A DNA stretch of 32,000 nucleotides from Acutalibacter sp. (GTDB lineage Bacteria > Bacillota > Clostridia > Oscillospirales > Acutalibacteraceae): assembly GCA_020025775.1 (NCBI GenBank), contig JAHHRN010000002.1, positions 225,652 through 257,651 on the forward strand. The letters run 5' to 3'. The notes beneath the pieces were generated by a model, which worked only from the letters and a program-made list of their open reading frames with translations, was not told the DNA's origin and did no database searches. This document shows positions 16,331 to 24,615 of the stretch, piece by piece. The position numbers and the translations under genes were made by a program. Position 1 is the first letter of the stretch, and each line of letters begins with the position of its first letter.

Positions 16331-17461
16331 TTAAATGCGTGTGTCTAATACATCTACATATTTTTCTTTGTATTCGTTAAAAGTACCGTTGTCGAGTGCT
16401 TCACGAATTTCTTCCATTAGCGTATTATAAAAATAGAGATTATGGATAACGCAAAGACGCATAGCCAGCATCTCCCCTGCCTTGAACAAATGGCGAATAT
16501 AGGCTCTGGAATGTCTTTGACAGGTTGGGCAATGGCAAGTCGGATCAATCGGTAACGTATCTTTTTTATACTTCTCATTATTGATATTGATAATACCGGC
16601 TTTTGTGAAAAGATGACCGTGGCGAGCATTACGGCTCGGCATAACGCAGTCGAATAAGTCTACACCGCGGCTGACACCTTCTAAGATATTTCCGGGTGTA
16701 CCAACGCCCATAAGATAGCGGATCTTATCCTTCGGCATATAAGGCTCAACTGCGGAGATAATACGATACATATCCTCTTTGGGTTCACCAACAGCAAGAC
16801 CGCCGATAGCATAACCGTCCAAGTCTAATTCCGCAATTTCTTTCATATGCTGGATTCTTAAATCCTCAAAAGTGCAACCTTGGTTAATACCAAAAAGCAT
16901 TTGATGCGGATTCACAGTATCCGGAAGTGCATTTAAACGATCCATTTCGGCTTTACAACGCTTGAGCCAACGTGTTGTGCGTTCGCAAGATGCCTTAGAA
17001 TACTCATATTTTGCCGGATTTTCTACGCATTCATCAAACGCCATTGCAATCGTTGAGCCAAGATGCGACTGAATCTGCATACTTTCCTCAGGGCCCATAA
17101 AAATCTTTCTGCCGTCGGTATGTGCATTAAAATACACACCTTCTTCTTTGATTTTGCGAAGCTTAGACAGAGAGAAAACCTGAAATCCGCCGCTATCCGT
17201 CAAAATCGGACCGTCCCAACCGGTGAACTTATGCAAGCCGCCCAACTCGTTGACCAAATCATCACCGGGTCTGAGGTGTAAATGATAGGTATTGCAAAGT
17301 TGCACTTGGCACTTAATATCTTTTAAATCATAAGAAGAAAGACCGCCTTTAATTGCACCTGCCGTTGCAACATTCATAAACGCAGGGGTCTGCACGGTAC
17401 CGTGAACGGTTTTAAACTCACCGCGGCGTGCGGTTCCTTCTTGCTTTAATAATGTATACAT
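16331..17461 (-). CDS. tgt: Queuine tRNA-ribosyltransferase
   Basis: RRGEFKTVHGTVQTPAFMNV...TDSGGFQV...CHCPTC zinc motif, canonical Tgt. ATG at 17461 follows AAGGAG. Confidence 0.95.
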   Translation of the reverse strand: MYTLLKQEGTARRGEFKTVHGTVQTPAFMNVATAGAIKGGLSSYDLKDIKCQVQLCNTYHLHLRPGDDLVNELGGLHKFTGWDGPILTDSGGFQVFSLSKLRKIKEEGVYFNAHTDGRKIFMGPEESMQIQSHLGSTIAMAFDECVENPAKYEYSKASCERTTRWLKRCKAEMDRLNALPDTVNPHQMLFGINQGCTFEDLRIQHMKEIAELDLDGYAIGGLAVGEPKEDMYRIISAVEPYMPKDKIRYLMGVGTPGNILEGVSRGVDLFDCVMPSRNARHGHLFTKAGIININNEKYKKDTLPIDPTCHCPTCQRHSRAYIRHLFKAGEMLAMRLCVIHNLYFYNTLMEEIREALDNGTFNEYKEKYVDVLDTRI

Positions 17462-17472
17462 GTTCGTTCTCC

Positions 17473-18501
17473 TTAAATCAGTAACATACAATCGCCGAAC
17501 GAGAAAAATCTATACTTTTCCTTTACAGCGGTTTCATAAGCTTTCAAAACCTTTTCACGGTCATAAAAAGCGGAAACAAGCATAATAAGCGTACTTTCTG
17601 GTAAGTGGAAGTTTGTAAGTAAGCCGTCGATGCATTTGAACTTATAGCCCGGATAAATAAAAATGTTGGTCCAGCCGTCTGCTTCCACAATGTCACCTTT
17701 AAAGGTAGCCACACTCTCTAAGGTACGGCAGCTCGTTGTACCGACGGCAATAACTCTACCGCCGTTTGCTTTGGTTTCTTTAATCAAATCTGCCGTTTCC
17801 TGTGAAATATGATAATGCTCAGAGTGCATTTCATGGTCTTCAATATTATCAGCTTTAACAGGTCTAAAGGTACCGATACCGACATGCAAGGTTACAAAAC
17901 CGATTTTTACGCCTTTTTCCTTCAGCTTTTCAATAATTTCGGGGGTGAAATGCAAGCCGGCGGTCGGTGCTGCAGCTGAGCCCTCTTCTTTTGCATAAAC
18001 GGTTTGATAACGATCACCGTCTTCCAGCTTTTTCGTAATATAATGCGGCAAGGGCATTTCACCGATTTTTTCTAAAATGGGGAAAATGCTGTCCCCTTCA
18101 TGTGTAAAGCGTGCCAAACGATTGCCGTTTTCTAAAACTTCCAGAATCTCGGCGTGTAAAATACCGTCACCAAAAGAGAACTTCGCACCGGCTTTTGCAC
18201 GTCTGCCTGGACCAGTAATAACTTCCCAGACGTCCTTTTCTTTCTGATTGAGCATTAAAAACTCTACCTTTGCGCCGGTCGGCTCTTTTACACCGTAAAG
18301 ACGCGCCGGAAGAACCTTTGTATTGTTGAGAATCAGGCAATCTTTATCCGTTAAATAAGAAAGAATATCAAAAAAATGCTTGTGTTCTAATTCGTCTGTA
18401 TCACGATGAATGACCATCATTTTGGAATGGTCTCTTTCGAGAAGCGGTGTTTGTGCAATTAGCTCTTGTGGCAAATCATAATAAAAATCCTGTTTTTTCA
18501 T
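17473..18501 (-). CDS. queA: S-adenosylmethionine:tRNA ribosyltransferase-isomerase
   Basis: [15 protein letters not shown]...[12 protein letters not shown]...[11 protein letters not shown]...[10 protein letters not shown], canonical QueA. Confidence 0.95.
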   Translation of the reverse strand: MKKQDFYYDLPQELIAQTPLLERDHSKMMVIHRDTDELEHKHFFDILSYLTDKDCLILNNTKVLPARLYGVKEPTGAKVEFLMLNQKEKDVWEVITGPGRRAKAGAKFSFGDGILHAEILEVLENGNRLARFTHEGDSIFPILEKIGEMPLPHYITKKLEDGDRYQTVYAKEEGSAAAPTAGLHFTPEIIEKLKEKGVKIGFVTLHVGIGTFRPVKADNIEDHEMHSEHYHISQETADLIKETKANGGRVIAVGTTSCRTLESVATFKGDIVEADGWTNIFIYPGYKFKCIDGLLTNFHLPESTLIMLVSAFYDREKVLKAYETAVKEKYRFFSFGDCMLLI

Positions 18502-18543
18502 GCGATATCTCCTAATTTTCTCTATAAAATTCCCCTAAAATGA

Positions 18544-18572
18544 TTGACTAATTCTTTGAGAAATGCTATTAT
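18544..18572 (+). promoter_or_regulatory. SigmaA promoter (extended -10) of the lysine-riboswitch/asd operon
   Basis: TTGACT (18544-18549), 17 nt, TATTAT (18567-18572), preceded by TGC. Confidence 0.7.
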
Positions 18573-18579
18573 ATTTGCA

Positions 18580-18765
18580 ACTGCAATAGAGGAGCAAAAT
18601 ACAATAGTAGCGTTTTTTAGACGGTCGATCAGTCGCTTTAACAAAATCGTGAAAGGGTATTTTGCCGAAGACGAAAAAGATTCGACCTGATTTTCGCTCT
18701 GGGTATGTGTGTGAATAACCACATAACTGTCATCAATCGTTTTTGATGGAGTGCTATTGTAATCG
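18580..18765 (+). promoter_or_regulatory. Lysine riboswitch (L-box) aptamer
   Basis: The conserved L-box elements appear in order: AGAGGAGC, AGTAGCG, GTGAAAGGG, GCCGAAG, CTGGG, AACTGTCA. P1 closes with CAATAG (18584-18589) / CTATTG (18754-18759). It lies upstream of lysine/DAP pathway genes. Confidence 0.85.
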
Positions 18766-18823
18766 CAGAAAATATCATTTCATTTTCCGTGATTACAAAC
18801 GCCTTTTAAAAGCTATTGATGAC

Positions 18824-18853
18824 CGGTTTTAAATAAACCGGTCTTTTTTATGC
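18824..18853 (+). terminator. Expression-platform terminator of the lysine riboswitch
   Basis: GACCGGTTT 18824-18832 pairs with AAACCGGTC 18838-18846, followed by TTTTTT, about 37 nt before the asd start. Confidence 0.85.
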
Positions 18854-18889
18854 AGACAATAGAATAACACGTTTTGGAGGTAAACACAA

Positions 18890-19972
18890 GTGAAAAAGTA
18901 TAATGTTGGTGTAATTGGTGCCACCGGTATGGTTGGTCAGAGATTTTTAACCCTTTTAGCAGACCATCCGTGGTTTGATGTTAAGGTTGTTGCAGCAAGC
19001 CCGCGTTCCGCAGGTAAGCCCTATAGCGAAGCTGTCGGTGCAAAATGGTGCATGGATGTAGACATTCCGGAGCAGGTTCGTGACCTCGTTGTAATGAACG
19101 CTACCGAAGATGTTGAAAAGATTGCTTCTTTGGTTGACTTCGTGTTCTGCGCAGTAGACATGAAGAAAGACGAAATCAAGGCTCTTGAAGAAAGATATGC
19201 AAAGGCTGAATGCCCCGTTGTTTCTAACAACAGCGCAAACAGACACACCCCGGACGTTCCGATGGTTATTCCGGAGCTCAACGCAGACCATATCAATATC
19301 ATTCCCGAGCAAAGAAAAAGACTCGGCACAAAGCGCGGCTTTATTGCTGTTAAGTCTAACTGCTCTTTACAGAGCTACGTACCTGCTCTTTATCCGCTCG
19401 ATGAAAAATTCGGCGTTGAAGATGTTTTAGTTACCACCTACCAGGCAATTTCCGGTGCAGGTAAAACTTTTAAAACCTGGCCCGAGATGCTCGATAACGT
19501 CATCCCCTTCATCGGTGGTGAAGAAGAAAAGAGCGAAAAAGAGCCGCTTAAGATTTGGGGTAAAATCGAAGGCAACGAAATCGTTCCTGCAACTTCTCCC
19601 AGATTCACAGCACAGTGCCTTCGTGTTCCGGTTTCCAATGGTCATATGGGTGCTGTATTCGTTCGTTTTAAAAACAAACCCTCTAAGGAAGAAATCCTGA
19701 ACGTTTGGGAAAACTTCAAGGGCACAGCGCAGGAATTAGAGCTTCCAAGCGCTCCCAAGCAGTTCCTTCATTACTTTACCGAGGACAATATGCCGCAGAC
19801 AAAGCTCAACCGTATGCTTGAAGGCGGTATGGCAATTTCTATCGGCAGACTCAGAGAAGATACACAGTATGATTACAAATTCGTCTGCCTTTCCCACAAC
19901 ACCTTAAGAGGTGCAGCAGGCGGTGCAGTCCTTCTTGCTGAGCTTCTTTGCGCAAAGGGCTATATGGACTAA
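18890..19972 (+). CDS. asd: Aspartate-semialdehyde dehydrogenase
   Basis: VGVIGATGMVGQRF..., an active-site NCS context and a C-terminal HNTLRGAAGGAVLLAELL. GTG start with GGAGG upstream. Confidence 0.95.
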   Translation: MKKYNVGVIGATGMVGQRFLTLLADHPWFDVKVVAASPRSAGKPYSEAVGAKWCMDVDIPEQVRDLVVMNATEDVEKIASLVDFVFCAVDMKKDEIKALEERYAKAECPVVSNNSANRHTPDVPMVIPELNADHINIIPEQRKRLGTKRGFIAVKSNCSLQSYVPALYPLDEKFGVEDVLVTTYQAISGAGKTFKTWPEMLDNVIPFIGGEEEKSEKEPLKIWGKIEGNEIVPATSPRFTAQCLRVPVSNGHMGAVFVRFKNKPSKEEILNVWENFKGTAQELELPSAPKQFLHYFTEDNMPQTKLNRMLEGGMAISIGRLREDTQYDYKFVCLSHNTLRGAAGGAVLLAELLCAKGYMD

Positions 19973-19989
19973 TTTAGGAGGTATTTCAA

Positions 19990-20880
19990 ATGAAAAAACC
20001 TATCTTTACAGGTGCCGGTGTTGCAATCGTAACACCCTTTCATGAAGACGGAAGTGTTAATTACGAAGGTTTAAAAACACTTTTGGAATATCAAATTGCA
20101 CATGGTACAGATGCTATCATTATTTGCGGTACAACTGGCGAGAGCGCAACATTAACACATGAAGAGCACACAAAAGTGATTCGCTTCACTGTAGACACTG
20201 TTGCACACCGTATTCCCGTTATCGCAGGTACCGGCAGCAACGATACTGCTTATGCTTTAAATCTTTCTAACGAAGCAGAAAAAGACGGCGTTGACGGTTT
20301 ACTCATGGTAACACCTTACTACAACAAGGCTTCTCAGGAAGGCTTAATCAAGCACTACAATTATGTTGCAGACCGCGTTTCCACACCGATTATTCTTTAT
20401 AATGTACCGAGCCGTACCGGCTGTGAAATCAAATCTGAAACCGCAGCAGAGCTTGCAAAGCACGAAAGAATCTATGGTATTAAAGAAGCTACCGGTAATC
20501 TTTCCACCATCGCAAAGACCATTTCTCTTTGCCCGGAAGATTTTGCGGTATACTCCGGTAACGATGACCAGATTACACCCATTATGTCTCTCGGCGGTAA
20601 AGGTGTTATTTCCGTACTTTCCAACGTTGCACCGCAGGTGGCTCATGACATTGCAGCATCTGCACTTAAAGGTGATTTTGAAACCAGCCGTAAATTACAG
20701 CTTGATTACTTACAGCTTTGCAATGACCTGTTTATGGATGTAAATCCGATTCCGGTTAAGGCTGCTCTTCGTATGATGGGCTTTGAGGTTGGTCCTCTTC
20801 GTATGCCGCTTTGCGACATGCCGGCAGAAAAGGAAGCAAAGCTTCTTGCAACAATGAAGAAATACGGTTTAGTAGACTAA
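19990..20880 (+). CDS. dapA: 4-hydroxy-tetrahydrodipicolinate synthase
   Basis: GAGVAIVTPF...ICGTTGESATLTHEEH...YNVPSRTG...GIKEATGN, the DapA signature. Confidence 0.95.
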   Translation: MKKPIFTGAGVAIVTPFHEDGSVNYEGLKTLLEYQIAHGTDAIIICGTTGESATLTHEEHTKVIRFTVDTVAHRIPVIAGTGSNDTAYALNLSNEAEKDGVDGLLMVTPYYNKASQEGLIKHYNYVADRVSTPIILYNVPSRTGCEIKSETAAELAKHERIYGIKEATGNLSTIAKTISLCPEDFAVYSGNDDQITPIMSLGGKGVISVLSNVAPQVAHDIAASALKGDFETSRKLQLDYLQLCNDLFMDVNPIPVKAALRMMGFEVGPLRMPLCDMPAEKEAKLLATMKKYGLVD

Positions 20881-20916
20881 GCCTAATCGGATTTTAAATT
20901 TTTAGGATGTGAAACC

Positions 20917-21672
20917 ATGACAAAGGTCATTTTAAGCGGCTGTTTCGGCAAAATGGGTCGCGTCATCACAAATTGTATTGCGCAAAAAGACAACTGTGAA
21001 ATTGTTGCCGGCGTAGATATTTTTGACGGTGAAGCCGATTTCCCGGTATTTAAGAGCTTTGCAGAGGTTAATGTAGATGCGGATGTGATTATTGATTTTT
21101 CACACCCCTCTACCCTTTCCTCTCTTTTGGATTTTGCACTTTCCAAAAAGTGCCCTGCGGTTATTGCAACTACAGGTCTTTCCGAAGAGCAGATTGCACA
21201 GATTCATGAGGCTTCTAAAGAAATCCCGGTATTCTTTGCCGCAAACATGTCCATTGGTGTTGCTCTTGTTGCCGAACTTGCAGCAAAAGCCGCTAAAGTA
21301 TTGGAAGGCTCTTTTGACATTGAAATTCTGGAAATGCACCACAACCAGAAAATCGATGCACCGAGCGGTACAGCGCTTATGCTTGCGAACACCATTTCCG
21401 ATGCTTTAACAGAAAAACCGCATTATGAGTTTGACAGACATTCTAAGCGCATGAAGCGTGATAAGAATGAAATCGGCATCCACGCTCTCAGAGGCGGCAC
21501 GGTTGTCGGTGAGCATGAAGTTATCTTCGCAGGTTTAGATGAAGTCATTAAAATTTCTCATTCTGCGCGTTCCAAAGAACTTTTTGCAGTCGGTGCTGTA
21601 AATGCTGCTCTTTTCTTAAAGGGCAAAGCAGCAGGTCTTTACGGCATGAAAGAGCTTATTGCAGATAAATAA
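20917..21672 (+). CDS. dapB: 4-hydroxy-tetrahydrodipicolinate reductase
   Basis: GKMGR..., EILEMHHNQKIDAPSGTA and RGGTVVGEHEVIFAG, the DapB signature. Confidence 0.95.
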   Translation: MTKVILSGCFGKMGRVITNCIAQKDNCEIVAGVDIFDGEADFPVFKSFAEVNVDADVIIDFSHPSTLSSLLDFALSKKCPAVIATTGLSEEQIAQIHEASKEIPVFFAANMSIGVALVAELAAKAAKVLEGSFDIEILEMHHNQKIDAPSGTALMLANTISDALTEKPHYEFDRHSKRMKRDKNEIGIHALRGGTVVGEHEVIFAGLDEVIKISHSARSKELFAVGAVNAALFLKGKAAGLYGMKELIADK

Positions 21673-21699
21673 ACACTTATACTTTCAAAACGTTAAAAA

Positions 21700-21730
21700 G
21701 CAGGAGATGTGAATGCATCCCCTGCTTTTT
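21700..21730 (+). terminator. Rho-independent terminator after dapB
   Basis: GCAGGAGATG pairs with CATCCCCTGC (one mismatch), followed by TTTTT. Confidence 0.7.
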
Positions 21731-21737
21731 GTATGGA

Positions 21738-21775
21738 TAAAAAAACGGCAATGCGTTTTCAGCACTGCCGTTTTG
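21738..21775 (-). terminator. Rho-independent terminator after the acyltransferase gene
   Basis: Minus strand: AACGGCAGTGC ... GCATTGCCGTT followed by TTTTTTT. Confidence 0.7.
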
Positions 21776-21778
21776 GTT

Positions 21779-22609
21779 TTATTTTTTCATTTTATCTAAA
21801 TCTACAGGCGGCTTAAACTTCGCAATCACTTCCGTATTATCTTTTAAGCAATCGGTCTGATCAAATTTATCCTGCATCGCCTTTGTAACACGCTGTTTCA
21901 TGTCTTTAATTTGCTCACGTTCGGTTTTGAGTGTCTCATCTCTGTAAACCGGCGGTAAAATATGAATCTGCGCTGTTGGCGACTTGCGAATTTTAGAATG
22001 ACGATCGTGATATGTGATAACCATAGGCAAAATCGGCACATTATTTTTCACAGCATAAGCAAAAGCACCACGTCTAAAGCCTCGCAAACCGTTATAATAC
22101 GGGAACAGAATACCTTCTGGGTAGAAGTGAATTACCTTGCCTTGAGCTAAAAGTGTATCTACAGCTTCAGAAAATTTTTCTATACCCTTTACGCTTCTTG
22201 GAATCGGAATCGCTCCCAAAGCTTTTACAAAGAGACGAACAACCGGGATTTCAAAATTCTCTTTGATGGTTGTTAAAACAATATCCTTGCGGTTCAGCGC
22301 TACACCCACCATGGTGCAGTCTAAGATATTGACATGGTTGCAAACTGTGATGAAGCCTTTACCCTCTAAAGGTTTTGCATTTTCCTTGCCGTTAATTTTA
22401 AGAGAAAAGGCAAGCTTATCAATGCCCATCAAAATCGGTGCGGCAAAGCCCTTTAAGCCAATGGAAAAGCGTTCAAAAGCTTTGCTCGGAATAAAGGCAT
22501 AATTTTCATCCACCTTAATGTTATAAGGTGTCCACATTTTTACAACGTGTTCTTCACCCGGCTTTTGTTCGGTTGCCGTTGTCTTCTGATCTTTGGTTGT
22601 GTTTTCCAT
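21779..22609 (-). CDS. Lysophospholipid / 1-acyl-sn-glycerol-3-phosphate acyltransferase (PlsC family)
   Basis: HX4D motif (NHVNILD) and a downstream FPEG block. ATG 22609 has GAGGAG 7 nt upstream; ATG 22615 is also possible. Either start overlaps the upstream gene out of frame. Confidence 0.8.
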   Translation of the reverse strand: MENTTKDQKTTATEQKPGEEHVVKMWTPYNIKVDENYAFIPSKAFERFSIGLKGFAAPILMGIDKLAFSLKINGKENAKPLEGKGFITVCNHVNILDCTMVGVALNRKDIVLTTIKENFEIPVVRLFVKALGAIPIPRSVKGIEKFSEAVDTLLAQGKVIHFYPEGILFPYYNGLRGFRRGAFAYAVKNNVPILPMVITYHDRHSKIRKSPTAQIHILPPVYRDETLKTEREQIKDMKQRVTKAMQDKFDQTDCLKDNTEVIAKFKPPVDLDKMKK

Positions 22610-23735
22610 ATTCATTCTCCTCTATCGCTTCTTGGAACATCTTTTCCATAAGTGATGCGCAATGGTCAATCTGATAACGTCTGCCATGCTCGCTGTACTG
22701 CATTTCCATCTTTTTGCGTTCTTCCGGATGTTCAATCCAGTAGTCTATTTTTTCTGCCAAATTTTCGGCATCCCCATTTAAGAATAAACTACGTTTATCC
22801 AGCGCAAAGGCACCGGTTGCGGATTTTTTACTGTTTGAAATCAGCGGTACTAAGCCGGTAGAAAAAGCTTCGATGCAAGAAATGGCTTCGATTTCCACTT
22901 CAGCCGGATGCACATATAAATCGCAAATGCTCATAAGCTGTTTTAACTCGTCTTTTTTATAGAAACCGAAAATCGGCTCATTCGGAAGTTTCTTACCCAT
23001 ACGAACATATTTAGATTTCTTAGGACCGTTACCGGCAAAGAACAGTTGAATTTCATCTCTGTGCTTGGAAAGAGAAACAGCTTCAATGAGTAAATCCTGC
23101 TTTTTCTCTTTAGAGAGTCTGCCGATCATTAAGATATTGAATTTATTTTGGAGTTCTTTCGGCTTTTCGTTTCTGCAATAGGTAAAGCAAGGGTCCACGC
23201 CATTGGAAATCACATGCAAATTGGCCTTATAGCCGTGTACGCGAAGCTGATTTGCAATAAATTCTGTCGGGCAATGAAGATTGCCGAAATGGTCGTAATA
23301 ATGGTTTTTGAAAAACTTATATAAGAACTCGGGTGCTACTGTGGAATGGGATAATCCGCAGTTGTAGGTAATATTTTCGGGTTGTACATGGAATGCACCT
23401 GTTGTTGCAATGCCCATTTCTTCTGCGAGCTTTCTGCCTTCTACGGCAAGCGGCAGGAACGGCATATAAAAATGCACAACATCTGCGCCTTCAAAAGCCT
23501 TGCGCATTGTCTCTTCAACCGGTTTTGCAAAAGCCATACCCTGCTTATGTGCAATCGGAGTTGCAAGCGGCACATTCAGTTCTGGGAGAAGATATTTATT
23601 TTCGCCCTCTTTGCCCATACCGACAATCGCTACTTCGTGACCGCGTCTTTTCAGGGCTTCTACAAGGTTTCTAGCCGACATCGTTGTGCCGTTATTGCCA
23701 ATGTCATATTGATCTATTACCAATACAATTTTCAT
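22554..23735 (-). CDS. GT4-family glycosyltransferase (diacylglycerol glycosyltransferase-like)
   Basis: N-terminus MKIVLVIDQYDIGNNGTTM...GHEV, and a C-terminal GT-B EX7E-type region (YVHPAEVEIEAISCIEA). Confidence 0.85.
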   Translation of the reverse strand: MKIVLVIDQYDIGNNGTTMSARNLVEALKRRGHEVAIVGMGKEGENKYLLPELNVPLATPIAHKQGMAFAKPVEETMRKAFEGADVVHFYMPFLPLAVEGRKLAEEMGIATTGAFHVQPENITYNCGLSHSTVAPEFLYKFFKNHYYDHFGNLHCPTEFIANQLRVHGYKANLHVISNGVDPCFTYCRNEKPKELQNKFNILMIGRLSKEKKQDLLIEAVSLSKHRDEIQLFFAGNGPKKSKYVRMGKKLPNEPIFGFYKKDELKQLMSICDLYVHPAEVEIEAISCIEAFSTGLVPLISNSKKSATGAFALDKRSLFLNGDAENLAEKIDYWIEHPEERKKMEMQYSEHGRRYQIDHCASLMEKMFQEAIEENEYGKHNQRSEDNGNRTKAG

Positions 23736-23816
23736 GATTTAACCTCTCTTCATACATTTCCCTGTATTCTACACCCTTAGTTTACCTAAATAACTCTGTC
23801 AATTCAAAGGTCTAAG

Positions 23817-23834
23817 TGTGGCAGAATTGTGGCA
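23817..23834 (+). repeat. Tandem direct repeat TGTGGCA-GAAT-TGTGGCA (11-bp phasing), candidate response-regulator box
   Basis: Exact 7-mers at 23817-23823 and 23828-23834, ending 10 nt upstream of the -35 of the two-component-system promoter. Confidence 0.4.
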
Positions 23835-23844
23835 AAAGCATTTC

Positions 23845-23873
23845 TTTACAATTTCTTTAGAATACATTATAAT
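23845..23873 (+). promoter_or_regulatory. SigmaA-type promoter of the two-component system
   Basis: TTTACA (23845-23850), 17 nt, TATAAT (23868-23873). Confidence 0.55.
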
Positions 23874-23909
23874 AAATCTATCGAATGGATAGTTTTATGT
23901 ACAGAGAGG

Positions 23910-24611
23910 ATGTTTATTTTGGAAAAACAAATATACATCGCAGAAGATGATGCAAATATCCGTGCATTGGAAAAAGCGTTTTTAGAAAAATCGGGTTATA
24001 AGGTATCTACCTTTGAAAACGGTGATGCACTTTATGAAGCCTTTAAAGAAAAACCGGCGGACCTGATTATCTTAGATATTATGATGCCTGGCACAGACGG
24101 TCTTTCGCTTTGTGCCACATTACGCTTAGAAAGCAGTGTTCCGATTATTATTGTATCCGCAAAAGGCTCAGATATGGAACGTGTTACCGGAATTACCATG
24201 GGTTGTGACGATTATTTAGCCAAACCTTTTTCTCCGATTGAGCTTGTAGCGAGAGTACAAGCCATTTTCAGACGTATGGAAATGATGAGCACCAAAAAAG
24301 AAGATACCGACCAAAACATACTGCTTTGTGACGATTTAAAAATAGATATTGCCAGACGCGAAGTATTAAAAGACGAACAAAGCATCGACTTAACTGTCAG
24401 CGAATTTAACCTTTTAGTTTACCTAATTAAAAATAAGGAACGCGCGGTTTCACGGGATGAGCTTCTCTCCAAACTTTGGGATTTCGGACATAACGAAATC
24501 GATACACGTGCAACGGATGATACTATGAAGCGACTTCGTAAAAAATTAAGCGATGCCAATTCCTCTGTAAAAATCGAAACCGTAAGAGGCTTTGGCTTTA
24601 GAATCGGGTGA
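23910..24611 (+). CDS. OmpR/PhoB-family response regulator
   Basis: Receiver domain (IYIAEDD...LIILDIMMPGTDG...SAKG) plus a winged-helix output domain (ETVRGFGFRI). The start is ambiguous: ATG 23910 abuts the RBS, and TTG 23919 has better spacing. Confidence 0.85.
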   Translation: MFILEKQIYIAEDDANIRALEKAFLEKSGYKVSTFENGDALYEAFKEKPADLIILDIMMPGTDGLSLCATLRLESSVPIIIVSAKGSDMERVTGITMGCDDYLAKPFSPIELVARVQAIFRRMEMMSTKKEDTDQNILLCDDLKIDIARREVLKDEQSIDLTVSEFNLLVYLIKNKERAVSRDELLSKLWDFGHNEIDTRATDDTMKRLRKKLSDANSSVKIETVRGFGFRIG

Positions 24612-24615
24612 GAAA

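Noticed and set aside
18522-18722. 66-aa ORF on the minus strand between queA and asd
   Set aside because: It lies entirely within the lysine riboswitch aptamer on the opposite strand and has no RBS.
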